Shown: positions 46,960-59,100 of the stretch, one piece after another
Position numbering within the stretch: the stretch's first letter is position 1
Layout of the letters: each line of letters opens with the position of its first letter
Notes under the pieces: generated by a model
Databases searched by the model: none
Seen by the model: only the letters and a program-made list of their open reading frames with translations
What the model was told of the DNA's origin: nothing
Translations under genes and position numbers: made by a program
DNA from: a virus
DNA: 64,000 bases
IMG/VR virus record: IMGVR_UViG_3300021091_000020
Coordinates: 32,001 to 96,000 of that record
Reading direction: 5' to 3' (one strand)

Positions 46960-47634
46960 TTAGACTAATTTTAGTGTAGTATCATAAATTGTAAATTGTC
47001 TTGGATCTTTTATTATACTATCAAATATACTAACTTTTTTTGTAATGCGCAAAATAATTCTATTATTTGTATCAACAACGCCTGGATTTACCAAATAACC
47101 GTTGGCATCCAATACATCATATTCCGGACCGTTTATCTTCCAAGGAACATCTATCAATTCATACAAGTATTTATTTATACCAGCATGATCTCTATAATAA
47201 TCTATTGTTTGATTTGGGGATATTTCAACGAAAAAAATTTGTGGTTCATTTCTTTTGTAAGCAAAATGTCTTATCATTTTACCGTCATTTAATTCACTTT
47301 CCGTTGGTATTCTAATAATGGGTATTGGCTTTGTGTATAATTCAAATTTAGCGAAAGGATTTACTTTAATCTTTCTTGTTCCATCTGGATTTTTTGTATA
47401 TTGTTTTTGTTCAACATATTTGAAGTATGATGGTCCACGATCCTTATATTTAACAAGTCTAAATGATTTTCTTGGATCCCATTCAGACTCCGAATAAGTT
47501 TCTCCGGTAACATATTTATGATATGGTCCAATATACTCTTTCCAATTATCAATAGACATCCACTCTTTTCCATTTGTGAAAAGATTATTTTCTACTTGAC
47601 TTGGGTGATAATATGTTCTTGATCTAAATGCCAT
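46960..47634 (-). CDS. Hypothetical protein (baseplate operon)
   Basis: YY..SQVENNLFTNGKE, YIGPYH and PWKING; abuts the hub gene. Confidence 0.55.
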   Translation of the reverse strand: MAFRSRTYYHPSQVENNLFTNGKEWMSIDNWKEYIGPYHKYVTGETYSESEWDPRKSFRLVKYKDRGPSYFKYVEQKQYTKNPDGTRKIKVNPFAKFELYTKPIPIIRIPTESELNDGKMIRHFAYKRNEPQIFFVEISPNQTIDYYRDHAGINKYLYELIDVPWKINGPEYDVLDANGYLVNPGVVDTNNRIILRITKKVSIFDSIIKDPRQFTIYDTTLKLV

Positions 47635-49779
47635 TTATCCACCCATACTTACTCTTGCTTTTGTATTTAGTGTTGTTGTCCAAGCACCTGCATCTATTTT
47701 GTGACTAACTTTTGTAACGGTGAATGTAACATTCCAAGGAGCTAGATTATATCTCGATGGTATTGCAAAACATCTTATTGTATCACCGAACTTAAATCCC
47801 ATAACACCATCTATTGTTAATGACAAATCTATTGGATATACGGCTTTATTCATCCAATGACCATTTCCGTTTGCACCACCCATTCCTGTTGATGCCGCTA
47901 AAGTTTTTTTCCATGCCGTTATCAACCCACGAACTTGCTCACCCCACGCATTATTAAAACCATCTGTTAATGCCGCTGCATATTTTGCCTGTAAATCTAA
48001 TAATGCTTTGTTTGCATTCGCAATCATTTGTGGCGCATTTCCTGTTCCACCAGTTGTTGGTGTCATTTTGACATCAGAGTTAGTTGCTTGATTTGCTCCT
48101 CTGCTTTGTCCACGAGCAGCAGTGTAAGCTGCCGCTGCAGATGCTGCTGGTGGTTTACATGTTATAGATGCATTTCGTATTATAGCACGGTAAATATCTG
48201 GTCTAAAATCAAAAGGCGCAATAGCGTTTATTATTTCTCTTGGCAAATTAGTATCTTCTATACTCAATATAGCACGAACAGGTGCTGCTGTTCCTCCACC
48301 AGCTGCGCCGGCATTCGATAAATCTTCATCTTCATATAAAACAGGTGTTATTTGATATACGTCACCAGATGCATAATTTATTCTTTTTGATATTGTTTCA
48401 AAAAAACTCGTTAAGTTTTTATGACTTATATTTGCAGCATTTTCTGCAACAAATTCTTTATATGTTTTTTTAATAAAATCTGTTCCAATTAATATTTCCC
48501 CAATAGCTATATTATTTCCACCCAATACTCCTGGTGGAGCAATTGTTGCCGGTCCAGTAGACCATCTCAACGGAGCTGTTCCAGCTGTAAAAGGTGAAGA
48601 TCCACCGTATTGTCCCATAATATCATCTGGAAAAAATATATCCAAGGGAAATGCAGATTTAATTTGATCACTCCATGCAGTAAAATTACCAAAAACTTGT
48701 ACAGTAAATAATCTACCCATTGTATGAGCTGTACCAGCAGGCGTTCCAGCTGCACCAGTTTCTAATTGATTTATTGCTTTATTGATAAACCCAACAATTG
48801 ATTGATACTTTACATAATAAAATGGTTTTGGAATTGGTTGTGTAGGTGGAGCAGCCGAAACAATTTGAGCAGATCCTTGTGTTTTAACAACAGGATCAGT
48901 ATTACCAGTAGCTTCCGGCTCTATCTCTTGAAATGGCAATCCTATCGCCCAATATTCTAACATTTTCATATTTGTGACTGCATAGCCAATATATGCAGCC
49001 GTCATTTGTGCCTGTGTAAATGTTGCAGCAAAACCACTAGCAGGATCTGCCATGTCTTTATCTATAACAGTTGCAATATTTGGACCCGGCAAAGGATTAG
49101 TTCCAACAGTAACATCTGGTGCAGCAGGATCTATTCCTGTGTTTACATCACCAGACATACCAGATGCAATAGTAGCGGCAGATACAACAGAACATTCTGC
49201 GGTTATTGACAAATCTGGATTTACACTCCAATTAAAGTTGTATATTATTCCGGTAAACTTTCCCCTACATGCTCTAGAATTACTTGCATGTACACTCCAT
49301 CCCCAAGCAATATTTACTTCAGCACCGGGTGTAAAAAATGCGTTTTCAATTGCATCTATTTGAAAACCGTTTGTGGTTATTCTTGGATATATTGTAAACG
49401 TAAACTTGCCCTTCAATAACGATCCCATAGTACCTTCATTGCTTATATCCAAACTTTGTAACAATGGCATATTTGGAACATTTCTAGCAGCACTGTACAT
49501 AGTAAGATTACCACCCCTATCGCTCATGACAGTAGATCCAGCTGTTCCTAAAACTATGGTAGTTCTAGTTGATGCTATTCTACACCAAGGTTTTTTTCCA
49601 TATGACCAATTTAAGTTTCTAGCGGCATCACCACCTCCAGTACCACGAGCAGGTGCCCTGGCTCCTCTAACTCTTTGACCATGAAATAAACCTCTTGTGT
49701 TTAATTCTGCACTAACATATCCATCAACTTGTCTATAAAACGGGCTTTCATATCCACCTCTTGCACCTGATACTGGCAT
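47635..49779 (-). CDS. Baseplate hub protein (gp27/VgrG/P2 gpD-like)
   Basis: WGWS, FTGIIYNFNWS, LSLTIDGVMGFKFGD and C-terminal FTVTKVSHKIDAGAWTTTL; follows the LysM gene. Confidence 0.6.
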   Translation of the reverse strand: MPVSGARGGYESPFYRQVDGYVSAELNTRGLFHGQRVRGARAPARGTGGGDAARNLNWSYGKKPWCRIASTRTTIVLGTAGSTVMSDRGGNLTMYSAARNVPNMPLLQSLDISNEGTMGSLLKGKFTFTIYPRITTNGFQIDAIENAFFTPGAEVNIAWGWSVHASNSRACRGKFTGIIYNFNWSVNPDLSITAECSVVSAATIASGMSGDVNTGIDPAAPDVTVGTNPLPGPNIATVIDKDMADPASGFAATFTQAQMTAAYIGYAVTNMKMLEYWAIGLPFQEIEPEATGNTDPVVKTQGSAQIVSAAPPTQPIPKPFYYVKYQSIVGFINKAINQLETGAAGTPAGTAHTMGRLFTVQVFGNFTAWSDQIKSAFPLDIFFPDDIMGQYGGSSPFTAGTAPLRWSTGPATIAPPGVLGGNNIAIGEILIGTDFIKKTYKEFVAENAANISHKNLTSFFETISKRINYASGDVYQITPVLYEDEDLSNAGAAGGGTAAPVRAILSIEDTNLPREIINAIAPFDFRPDIYRAIIRNASITCKPPAASAAAAYTAARGQSRGANQATNSDVKMTPTTGGTGNAPQMIANANKALLDLQAKYAAALTDGFNNAWGEQVRGLITAWKKTLAASTGMGGANGNGHWMNKAVYPIDLSLTIDGVMGFKFGDTIRCFAIPSRYNLAPWNVTFTVTKVSHKIDAGAWTTTLNTKARVSMGG

Positions 49780-49782
49780 TTT

Positions 49783-50118
49783 TTATCTCTCCTCGTTAAA
49801 TACTCTAATCAATGCACTGATACCAGAATATTCTGCATATCTAGGTATTCGTATTATCATACCAGCAGGTATATTCAATGTACCTCTACCTAAATTATTT
49901 GAAATTGCTATAACATGCCAAAAAGTTTCATCACCGTAGTATTCTTTTGCTAACAAATCAAGTCTGTCTCCCGGTTGTGATAATATGATACTATCACCTG
50001 CGGTGTCCAATAGTGGATAAAATGTTGAAGATAATCTGCTAACTTTATGAGTGTCACCCTTTGAATCTATTTTTTTAGATCCAGTAACAATAGTGCAAAT
50101 ACTATATCTATTTTCCAT
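49783..50118 (-). CDS. LysM-type baseplate protein (T4 gp53 / P2 gpX-like)
   Basis: GDRLDLLAKEYYGDETFWHVIAISN...IRIP. Confidence 0.8.
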   Translation of the reverse strand: MENRYSICTIVTGSKKIDSKGDTHKVSRLSSTFYPLLDTAGDSIILSQPGDRLDLLAKEYYGDETFWHVIAISNNLGRGTLNIPAGMIIRIPRYAEYSGISALIRVFNEER

Positions 50119-50156
50119 TTAAAATCCATCTATTGATACAACAATAATTAACTATC

Positions 50157-50165
50157 TATAAATAT
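50157..50165 (-). promoter_or_regulatory. ATATTTATA motif (putative late promoter)
   Basis: Exact motif about 38 nt upstream of the 50118 start. Confidence 0.5.
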
Positions 50166-50179
50166 AAAAAAGGTAAAAT

Positions 50180-53100
50180 TTATGGTGCACCCGTTGCTGT
50201 CAAAGCAGCAGCTGGAATAGCTCCTTCTTCGCCCGGAGCAACTGCCATATATTCTATAGCATCTTGATCACCACCAGCAATTGTAGTACTTGTGGCTGTT
50301 GCAGTTGGATTTGCTGCAGGACCTGGCATCGCTATATTATCAAATGGATTAAACCAATTGACTCTAGGAGTGCCCATAGATGCATCTGGAATAAGACCGG
50401 TTTCGATAGATCCACCACCCATTCTATCATCATATAATGGATAGAATACACCATATCTTTCAGGACGATATACACCAATTGGTACAAATCCAACAGAAAC
50501 TTGTATAGTTTTTGGTAACTGAAGCGCACCTGGAGCCGATTCAGCTACAATACTTGCATCAGTTGCAACATTATATCTATCTCCTTCCAAATGAGCGGTT
50601 TCCCATGTACCATTCGCATTGTCAAATGTATAACTCAAATTACTGATGTATCCTGGCATTTTTCTAAATAGATTACCGATGTTTAATCTGCAAAGTGGTG
50701 CACGAATGAAACCTGCACTTGTATATTCAGGTGCTGTCCATCCTGCTAAATAATTCAATTTACGCCAAGATGCCTTCGCTTCATCGCGCGATCCAATATG
50801 TACGGTGAAATTAAAACTAACATCTCTCTCATATCCATCGTAAGTATAGAGTGGATCTCCTCTACCCATATATTTTACAGCAGACCATGATGGTTTGTGA
50901 TTGTCAGTTATACTATCGAATATAGCTCGAAATACAATTACTTCTGCAGGACAGTAATTATGACCATCTAAAACAATACTTGAAAAATAAAATTCTATCA
51001 AATCATCCTTACCCGGATTGTTTATATTATCAAACGCCCCTTTTTCATAAACAAGTTCGTGATTTAAAGCAACATTAGCTCTCTTGTAATCAATTATATT
51101 TATTCTATCGCCTCTAAATTGATATGGTGGAGCACCTGCAGCTGCGGCTTTCACTATCGGAACAGGAAATGTTCTAAAAGCGACTCCTCTACCAGTTGCG
51201 CCCGCAACAAGTGCAGGAGTAAACAATGGGCCCATTATAGCCGTTTGTACTTTTTCATATATTATATTTGTTACTCTTGGATTTCCTCTGTCTGAACCAG
51301 GATCTCCGTGTTTTCCTAAACCAAATTTTGTCTCCAAGTTATTTTGATCATAATCCACTACCGCAGGATGAGTTGAAAACTTAAAAGCCATAACAGTTGG
51401 CCATACAGTAGTATTTCTTGGTGATGCAGCACCAACATTTGTTGCATCAAAGTCATCAATATCCCATCTAAAATCGTTCCATTTCTCACTTCTATTTGGA
51501 GTCCAACTTGGATTGAAATAATTTACACCAGGATTAATTCTAGTAGCGGGAATGGGTGGTCTTGAAGATGCAGGACTTGTTGATCCAAATCTATTTTTAC
51601 TATACCAAGGAGATGTTTTAAAATGTTTAACATTATCAATTGCTATATTATTTATATTCGCATTTATTGTGTCCATGGTGGTATTAGCACTGCCTCTACC
51701 TGATGTTATTTCTTGAACCGTTGTATTCCTTAATCTATTTTGAGAAGATTCATAAGGAAAATTAAATGTATCCATTGCATTTATTTTTCTAGTTGTTATC
51801 GGTTGTATTGTTACATTTTCACCCCGAAATGGATGTTGGGGATCATTTGGCTCATAAATGCCATGCACATCAAATATACCGTTTAATCTATCTTTATTCT
51901 TTGTTGCTAAACCAGTTGTAATTGCATACAAATCGCCACCCAATTCATTTTGTGGAACTGTACTCGTTGATCTCAATGCATTTTGAACTTTTAATAATCT
52001 ATCTTTGTATGTTGAATAAAAATCTATTGCAAAAAATGTTTCTCTTTGTTTTCCTTCAAGTATACCATCTTGTGTTAATTCTGGACCATGCGTTGAATAA
52101 GTACCAATTAATTTATGACGAGATTTACTTATTACAGTTCCACCAATCCCAAGAAACGATGAAGCTCCTCCAAAAGTAGATGAAATTCGTATAATTTCTC
52201 CGTCAGTCAATCTCTGTCTATGTGTGGACTTCAGTGAATTACTACTTTTTACTCGCAATTCTGATATTGGATCAACTGACTGTGGTACTGTTACTGGATT
52301 GCCAGGATTAGTATATGTTGCCGTTGTATTTGCAGATTGAGCTGGACCAGAATACTGTGTGCTGATGTCACTAAAATCAAATCCACCACCTGCAACATCG
52401 TATTCCATTGAATTATCAAATCCTTGTGTCTCAACATTTGGTGCTCTTAATAAAATAGGTGCAAATGATTGTGGCAATAATTCTTTCATCAAACCAATTA
52501 AACGATTGTATCTTCTTTGACGCGTTATTGCATTTCGTCTAGTTGGTTCTTCAAAATAATCAAGCGCCTCAGCAGTTCCTTGTGAGAGTTGATTACCCGC
52601 GCTTTGTCTTCCAGATATGGAGGAATCCATATCTAAATCGTGATCAGCACGCACAGCATTCCAATTTGGATTTTCTTCTGCAGGAATCATCCAATCGCCA
52701 TTTAATCTTCTATGAAAAGACCTTTTTAGATAATTTATACCAGCAATATTTTGATCTATAAATCCAGTTTTATTCCTATATGTTGTTTGTGCCTCATATC
52801 CCCTATTTAAATCTTGTGGAACATTTTGTCTTTGATTTGGATTACCGGTTATATTTCCCAAAGTTGGTCTATATGCAAGATTATTGTTTGCATCAGTTGT
52901 ACTTACCGGATCACCTTGGCCTGCAGCAACAGAATATTGTGTTGTAAATAATAATTCTCTATAATTCGGAGGTTGTTGCATTACACCATTGAAACCAAAT
53001 CCAGTTGATCCCCAATGTCTTTGCCAATGAAGACCTATTCCTTTACCAACTGCACTTATTATAGTAGAAAATGGATTATACAACATAGTTGGTGAAGGCA

Positions 53101-56100
53101 TGAATATATTTGGATCGGTACTTCTTACTTGATCCGGATTGGAAGATCCATCACCAAATCCAGGCAATACTGAATTTCCTAAAGTATATGTTTGTCTATT
53201 TGGACCACTATCGGTTGATGAACGGGTTTGAAAAACATCAAACGGTTCATTCCATGAATCCATATATGGATTCATAAATTGTAGACCAAATTGTTTTACA
53301 ATCCACAACAAACCTTTACCGGATGTCATCCATTTACCAATTCTCTGTAAATCGGCAAGACTTCTATCTAATAGTGTAGATGGACTATTTCTACCACATG
53401 ATAATACACCCCATCCCCAATTGGCACCTATATTCGATGTGTAATAAGGTTGATCCCATATTAAATCTGGATTGTAAGAATCTTTACGCAAATCAAATTT
53501 ATTGTATTCTTTTTCAAGAGCACCAGATTTTATTGCCCATCTTCCAAGAAATCCATATCTTCTTACAAGATTTGCACTTGAATCATCTTGAACTGAAAAA
53601 CCTATTTGATTTGTAATATTTTCATATCGGCCACCGCTACCATCATTGGTTATATTTTTTAACGCAGCTTCATCATTATCAATCGGTTGTGCCCACCAAC
53701 CATTTTTTAATTGTTGTTCATATGGACCACCTATAAACTTTTGTGAATTTGCATTATCACCCTGCAAATCAGTAAAATAAGTAGTTGGTCTTCTATATCC
53801 ATAAAATCTATTGGTTTTATCAGAAGTATATTGAGGGTATTGATTTGCCATTGTAGCAAAAAGTAAATTACCCATTTTACTAGACCAAGGACGTTTTCCC
53901 AAAGAATCTGGTAAATACGTATTTAAAAATTCTTGTTCAGATCCATTATCTAATGTACTCAATGTTCCTTGCTTATGTCCGTGGGCAACGGAATAAACCA
54001 CTTGTGATACCAATGCCTCTCTTACAAATCTTTGGTCAGAATTAACATTATTAGCTCTTAAAATTTCACTATAATTTTCTATGGTTGGCATTATTATTGG
54101 ATATTTTGTTCCATAAAATAATGTCATAAACGGTAAAAATCCATCACTTTGTTTGAATGGGTATGTGTTTCCTGGTCTTATTGATTTTGTAGTATTAGAG
54201 AAGAAACTAAAAAATCTTGTATATTTTTGTTTAGCATCTGTAAACGAGTATTTTGATCCAAGTGTACTATCATAGTATTGATTACCAACGCCCAATCTAT
54301 TCATTAACCGAAGTAAAAATCTTGTAGTTTGTAAATTTTGCTCGTTTTGATCAAATGTAGGTCTATTTAATGTTCCCAAAAATGGCACAAACCCTCTTAT
54401 ACCTTGAACTAAACCGGATGCATTTCCTAATCGTCCAGGATCTCTTCCAGATTTATCAAAGTCCGTTGGATATGAGAAACCATTTGGTGCAGGAAAGAAA
54501 TCAGTATATGGATCAGCAGTTGCAAGGACAGACAGTTCTGAAAGATACGGTGAATATGCAGTTTGAGTCTTGTTTATGAAAAATGTTCTAAATCCTGGAT
54601 CAAGACCTTCTTTTCTAAATAATTCAGGAGGATTAACTCCAGCACGACCTATCTGAACATTTGGTGAGTTTTGTATACTAAATAAAACAATCTTTCTAGC
54701 ATGATCAGTTTTTGGTTCTATCTGTGGAAAAAATGTAACTGCTGGTGCATTTGTACGTATTCCATTCCAATCAAAATAGGAAGAATCTTCAATGTATTTT
54801 GAATCCAATCCTAATGCAAAAGTATGAAATCCACTTCTTGTAAACAAATTATTTTTATCAAAATAATTAACAGCAGGTGCATTTAATTTAGTACCATCAT
54901 AATCAAATATAGATGAATCTGGAACATATTTTGAGTCATATATTTTTGCTAGTATATGAAAACCTGCAGTTGTTTTGTGAATGTATGGATCTTTATTTCC
55001 AACCATTCCCAATTGATGTAATATACTACCAGGATTAATTTGAGAAGAATTATTGTTTAATTGTCCATTGATAACAACAGGAGTTGCATTTGTTGTTCCT
55101 GGTTTTGAATTACCATCTATATTATCCGATGATGAACCTAATCCTTCAACCATTCTCATAGAAGGATTATCAAAGAAATTAACTGGTAATGGATTTTTAA
55201 ATGTCAATCTATCAACGTTTCCAACCCAACCATATTGATCAGTATTCATAATATATTGAGTATCATACTTTTGAGCGAAAGTATGAAATCCTGCATATGT
55301 TACGCCCTCAATTTTAAAATCAAATCTTCTTTGTACTCCCCCAACAGTTGTAAATGCGGGATATTTTGAAGCCATAACTTGTATCCCACGTAAATAATCC
55401 CCACCACCAAGATTAAATCTAATAAATGCGTCACGTCCTCTAGCACTATCAAAATAATCAACAGCAGGTGCTTTATCTCTTGTACCATCCCAATCAAATC
55501 TTGATGCTCCTGGAATATATTTTGAAATATAATGCTCTGCAAATATATCAAAACCAGACAAAGTTTTTTTAATGTATGCGTCTTTTGTACCAATAGTTTT
55601 TAAGAAAGAAAATCCTCCTATTGGCGATCTTAAATTGTATGCCTCATAATTTTGTGTTGTTCCAGGATTATCCAAAAAGTTATTATCACCAACATTAAAT
55701 CTTGCACGATAACGATTTATTGATCTAAATGCATCAAAAAAATCTACGCCTATCGGATTTGTAAAGTTTGTCCTATCTGCTCTACCATCCCAATCATATA
55801 ATGATGAATCTTTAATATACTTGGTATCATACTTTTGTGCAAATATATGAAAACCTGCAGTAGTTTTTGCAATAAAATCTTTTGGTCTATTGAACGCAGC
55901 CAATAATGAGTTTGCCTCTGATGTTGTTCTATTTGATTCAAGAGTATCAAAGTAATCAACTGGAATAGGATTCCTAAAATTAGTTTTATCAGGAACACCA
56001 TCCCAATCATACAATGATGCATATTTAATATATTTTGTATCGTACTTTTGTGCAAAAATATGGAAACCAGCAGTTGTAGTTGCATAAAACTGTCTTGGTA

Positions 56101-59100
56101 TATTTGGATTTATTAATATAGAATTTAACTCTGATGTTGTTCTATTTGTTTTTGCCGTATCAAAATAATCAACAGCAGGTGCTTTATATTTTGTACCATC
56201 CCAATCAAAACGAGAACTTTCAGGAATATATTTTGAATCATATAATTGAGCAAATATATGGAAACCACCAAATGTTTTTGCAATAAATTTATCTTTTATA
56301 CCAACCGTCATTATACCATCACGATAATCATTTGGGGTATTTATGATAAATTGAGTCCCAAATCTTCTAGCATTAGCATTTGGGTTATCAAAATAATCTA
56401 CTGGAATTGGATTTGTAAAATTCTTTCTATCAGGTTTTCCATCCCAATCATATCGAGAAGAATTGCGAATATATTTTGTATCATATAATTGAGCAAACTT
56501 ATGGAAACCGGCGGTGGTAAATGAAATAAACCCATTTGTAAATTCTGATGTAGTTCTATTTGTTTGAGCAATATCAAAATAATTAACAACTGGCGCTTTA
56601 TCTCTCGAACCATCCCAATTGTATTCTGATGATTCTGTAATGTATTTTGTATCATACTTTTGTGGGAATGTGTGAAAACCGCCTATTGTGTTTGCAATAA
56701 ATGATCTTGGGACATTAAATTGAGCAAGCAAAGAATTTTGTTCAGTAGCAGTTCTACTAGTTCCAGCAACATCAAAATAATTTACAGCAGGAGCAACTTG
56801 TTTGTCACCGTCCCAATCATATATCGAAGAACCACGAACATATTTTGTATCATATATTTGTGCAAACTTATGAAAACCAGCAGTTGTTTTTGGAACAAAC
56901 CCGCTAGGAAATTCTGATGTAGTTCTATTTGTTCCGGCAACATCAAAATAATTTACAGTTGGTGCGTCTATTCTATTTCCATCCCAATCAAATCTAGATG
57001 TTTCTTCTATAAATTTAGTATCATATAACTGTGCAAATGTATGGAAACCTGTTGTTGTATTTTCAGCATACAAGTCAAAATAATTTACAGCAGGTGCCTT
57101 ATCACGTGTTCCATCCCAATCAAAGAATGATCTTTCTGGAATATATTTTGAGTCATATTTTCTAGCAAATGTATGAAAACCTGTTGTTGTAAAATCTTTA
57201 CTTAAATCAAAATAATTTACAGCAGGTGCTTTTCTGCGTTCACCATTCCAATCAAATCTAGATCTTTCTGGAATATATTTTGTATCATATATTTGTGCAA
57301 AGGTATGAAAACCTGTTGAAGTAAATCGACCATTTATGTCAAAGTAATTTATAGCAGGTGCATTTACCCCAATACCATCCCAATCAAATTCTGACGAATC
57401 TTTAACAAATTTACTATCGTATTTTTGTGCAAATACATGAAAACCTGTTGTTGCATTTTTTAAATCAACATCAAAATAATTTACAGCAGGTGCATTTTTT
57501 CTTTTACCATCCCAATCGAATATGGATGCACCCCTCACATATTTGCTATCATATATGTCAGCTAATTTATGAAATCCTTTTTTTGTATATGTGGAATTTA
57601 TATCAAAGAAATTTACTTCTGGAGATTTTGTTCTCTTTCCATCCCAATCATATATTGAAGATTGATTGATATATTTTGTATCATATATTTGAGCAAAAGT
57701 ATGAAATCCTGCATTACTTTTTTCTTTATTAAAATCAAAATAATTTACATTAGGTGCTAAAGGTTTTTTGCCTTTCCATGTAAATCGTGATATATTATCA
57801 ATGTAATTTGATGTCAATGCGCTTGCAAATAAAGTAAAACCAGCATTCGTATGTTGATTTGTTACATCAAAAAAGTTTACATTTCGGACAGTTACAAATG
57901 AATAATCAGATGTATCAGTATTGTACAAAGTTTCTCTTGGTTGTGCAAATGTTTTGAAACCCTTTGCATGTTCATCTATAATAAAATCAACAGACGGTGC
58001 AGTTTTTTTAATACCCGGCCAACCAAAAATTGAACTAAATTTATTAACTAAATCCGTAGACTTTTGATTTATACTAAATCCTCTAAAAAATCTATCATCA
58101 AAATTGTTTACACCGGTTGGGTTATTGAATGAATATAAAGATTTTGTTGGGTTTTCATTTCTACCAGATGGATTGGTCTTGATTACATCATCTACATTAT
58201 AGATACTGTTATCTTTATCTTGTATAGTTTCACGACTATATCTCAACAAATCCGGTTCTTGTATTGGTCTTCTACTTTCAAGCATAGAATTTGAAACAAA
58301 CTCTATTGTTTTTCCTTTTGGATTTAATTCACTTTCATCGGTAAAATGATTTGTTCCGGATTGTATTCTGAATACTTTTGTTTTTGGATCAGTAACAAGA
58401 CCTTCCTTTATTGTATCTTTTATTATATTCGGTGTTGTATTTTCTTTATTTGATGGTTTAAATACCGTATTTAAAGCAATGTTTGGATTAACAACATTAT
58501 TTATCGGTGAAAATAAATTTTTATTTATTACTACCGATTGTTTTTCTCTGTTTATTGTAAGTGGTTTACCATCTATTTTTATTTCTGGAATAATAATGTT
58601 ATTTGTTTCTTCATTATTATCGGTTAATATATTTGGTGTTTGTTGTATTCTATCAACTGTTTGCTTAAATATTTCAGGATTTATACCAGATTGATTGTTA
58701 TTCGTTCCTCTTTCTGTTTTTATTATCAATGTATTTGAAGAATTTAAGTTGTTTACAATTTCTTCTTGTTTTATTTCTCCAAATTTTGAAGTAACATTTT
58801 CTATTGTAGATCTACCAAGTGAATATGTATCTACATCTATATTTTTTGGAGATAATCCTGATACGGAATTAAGCATCATGTCATCAAAATCTTTGCGTAC
58901 AATATCATCCAATTTTGATTTTTTTAGCCTTTCATCTATCGGTGTTTGCTTTGGTTTTTTTATTTCTGGTATAGACGTTAGTAATCTATCGGTAATAGGT
59001 TGATTTGTTGCAAAACCTTTACTACTTTTTGCAACGGATGTTTGTGGACCTTCTTTTTCTTCTATGGAAGTTTCAGCTCTATATTTTGATAAGTCTGACT

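Noticed and set aside
54570-58120. Regularly spaced DNA repeats resembling a CRISPR array or DGR template/variable repeats
   Set aside because: The repeats are in-frame, vary at synonymous positions and encode a protein repeat. No constant repeat-spacer structure or reverse transcriptase is seen.
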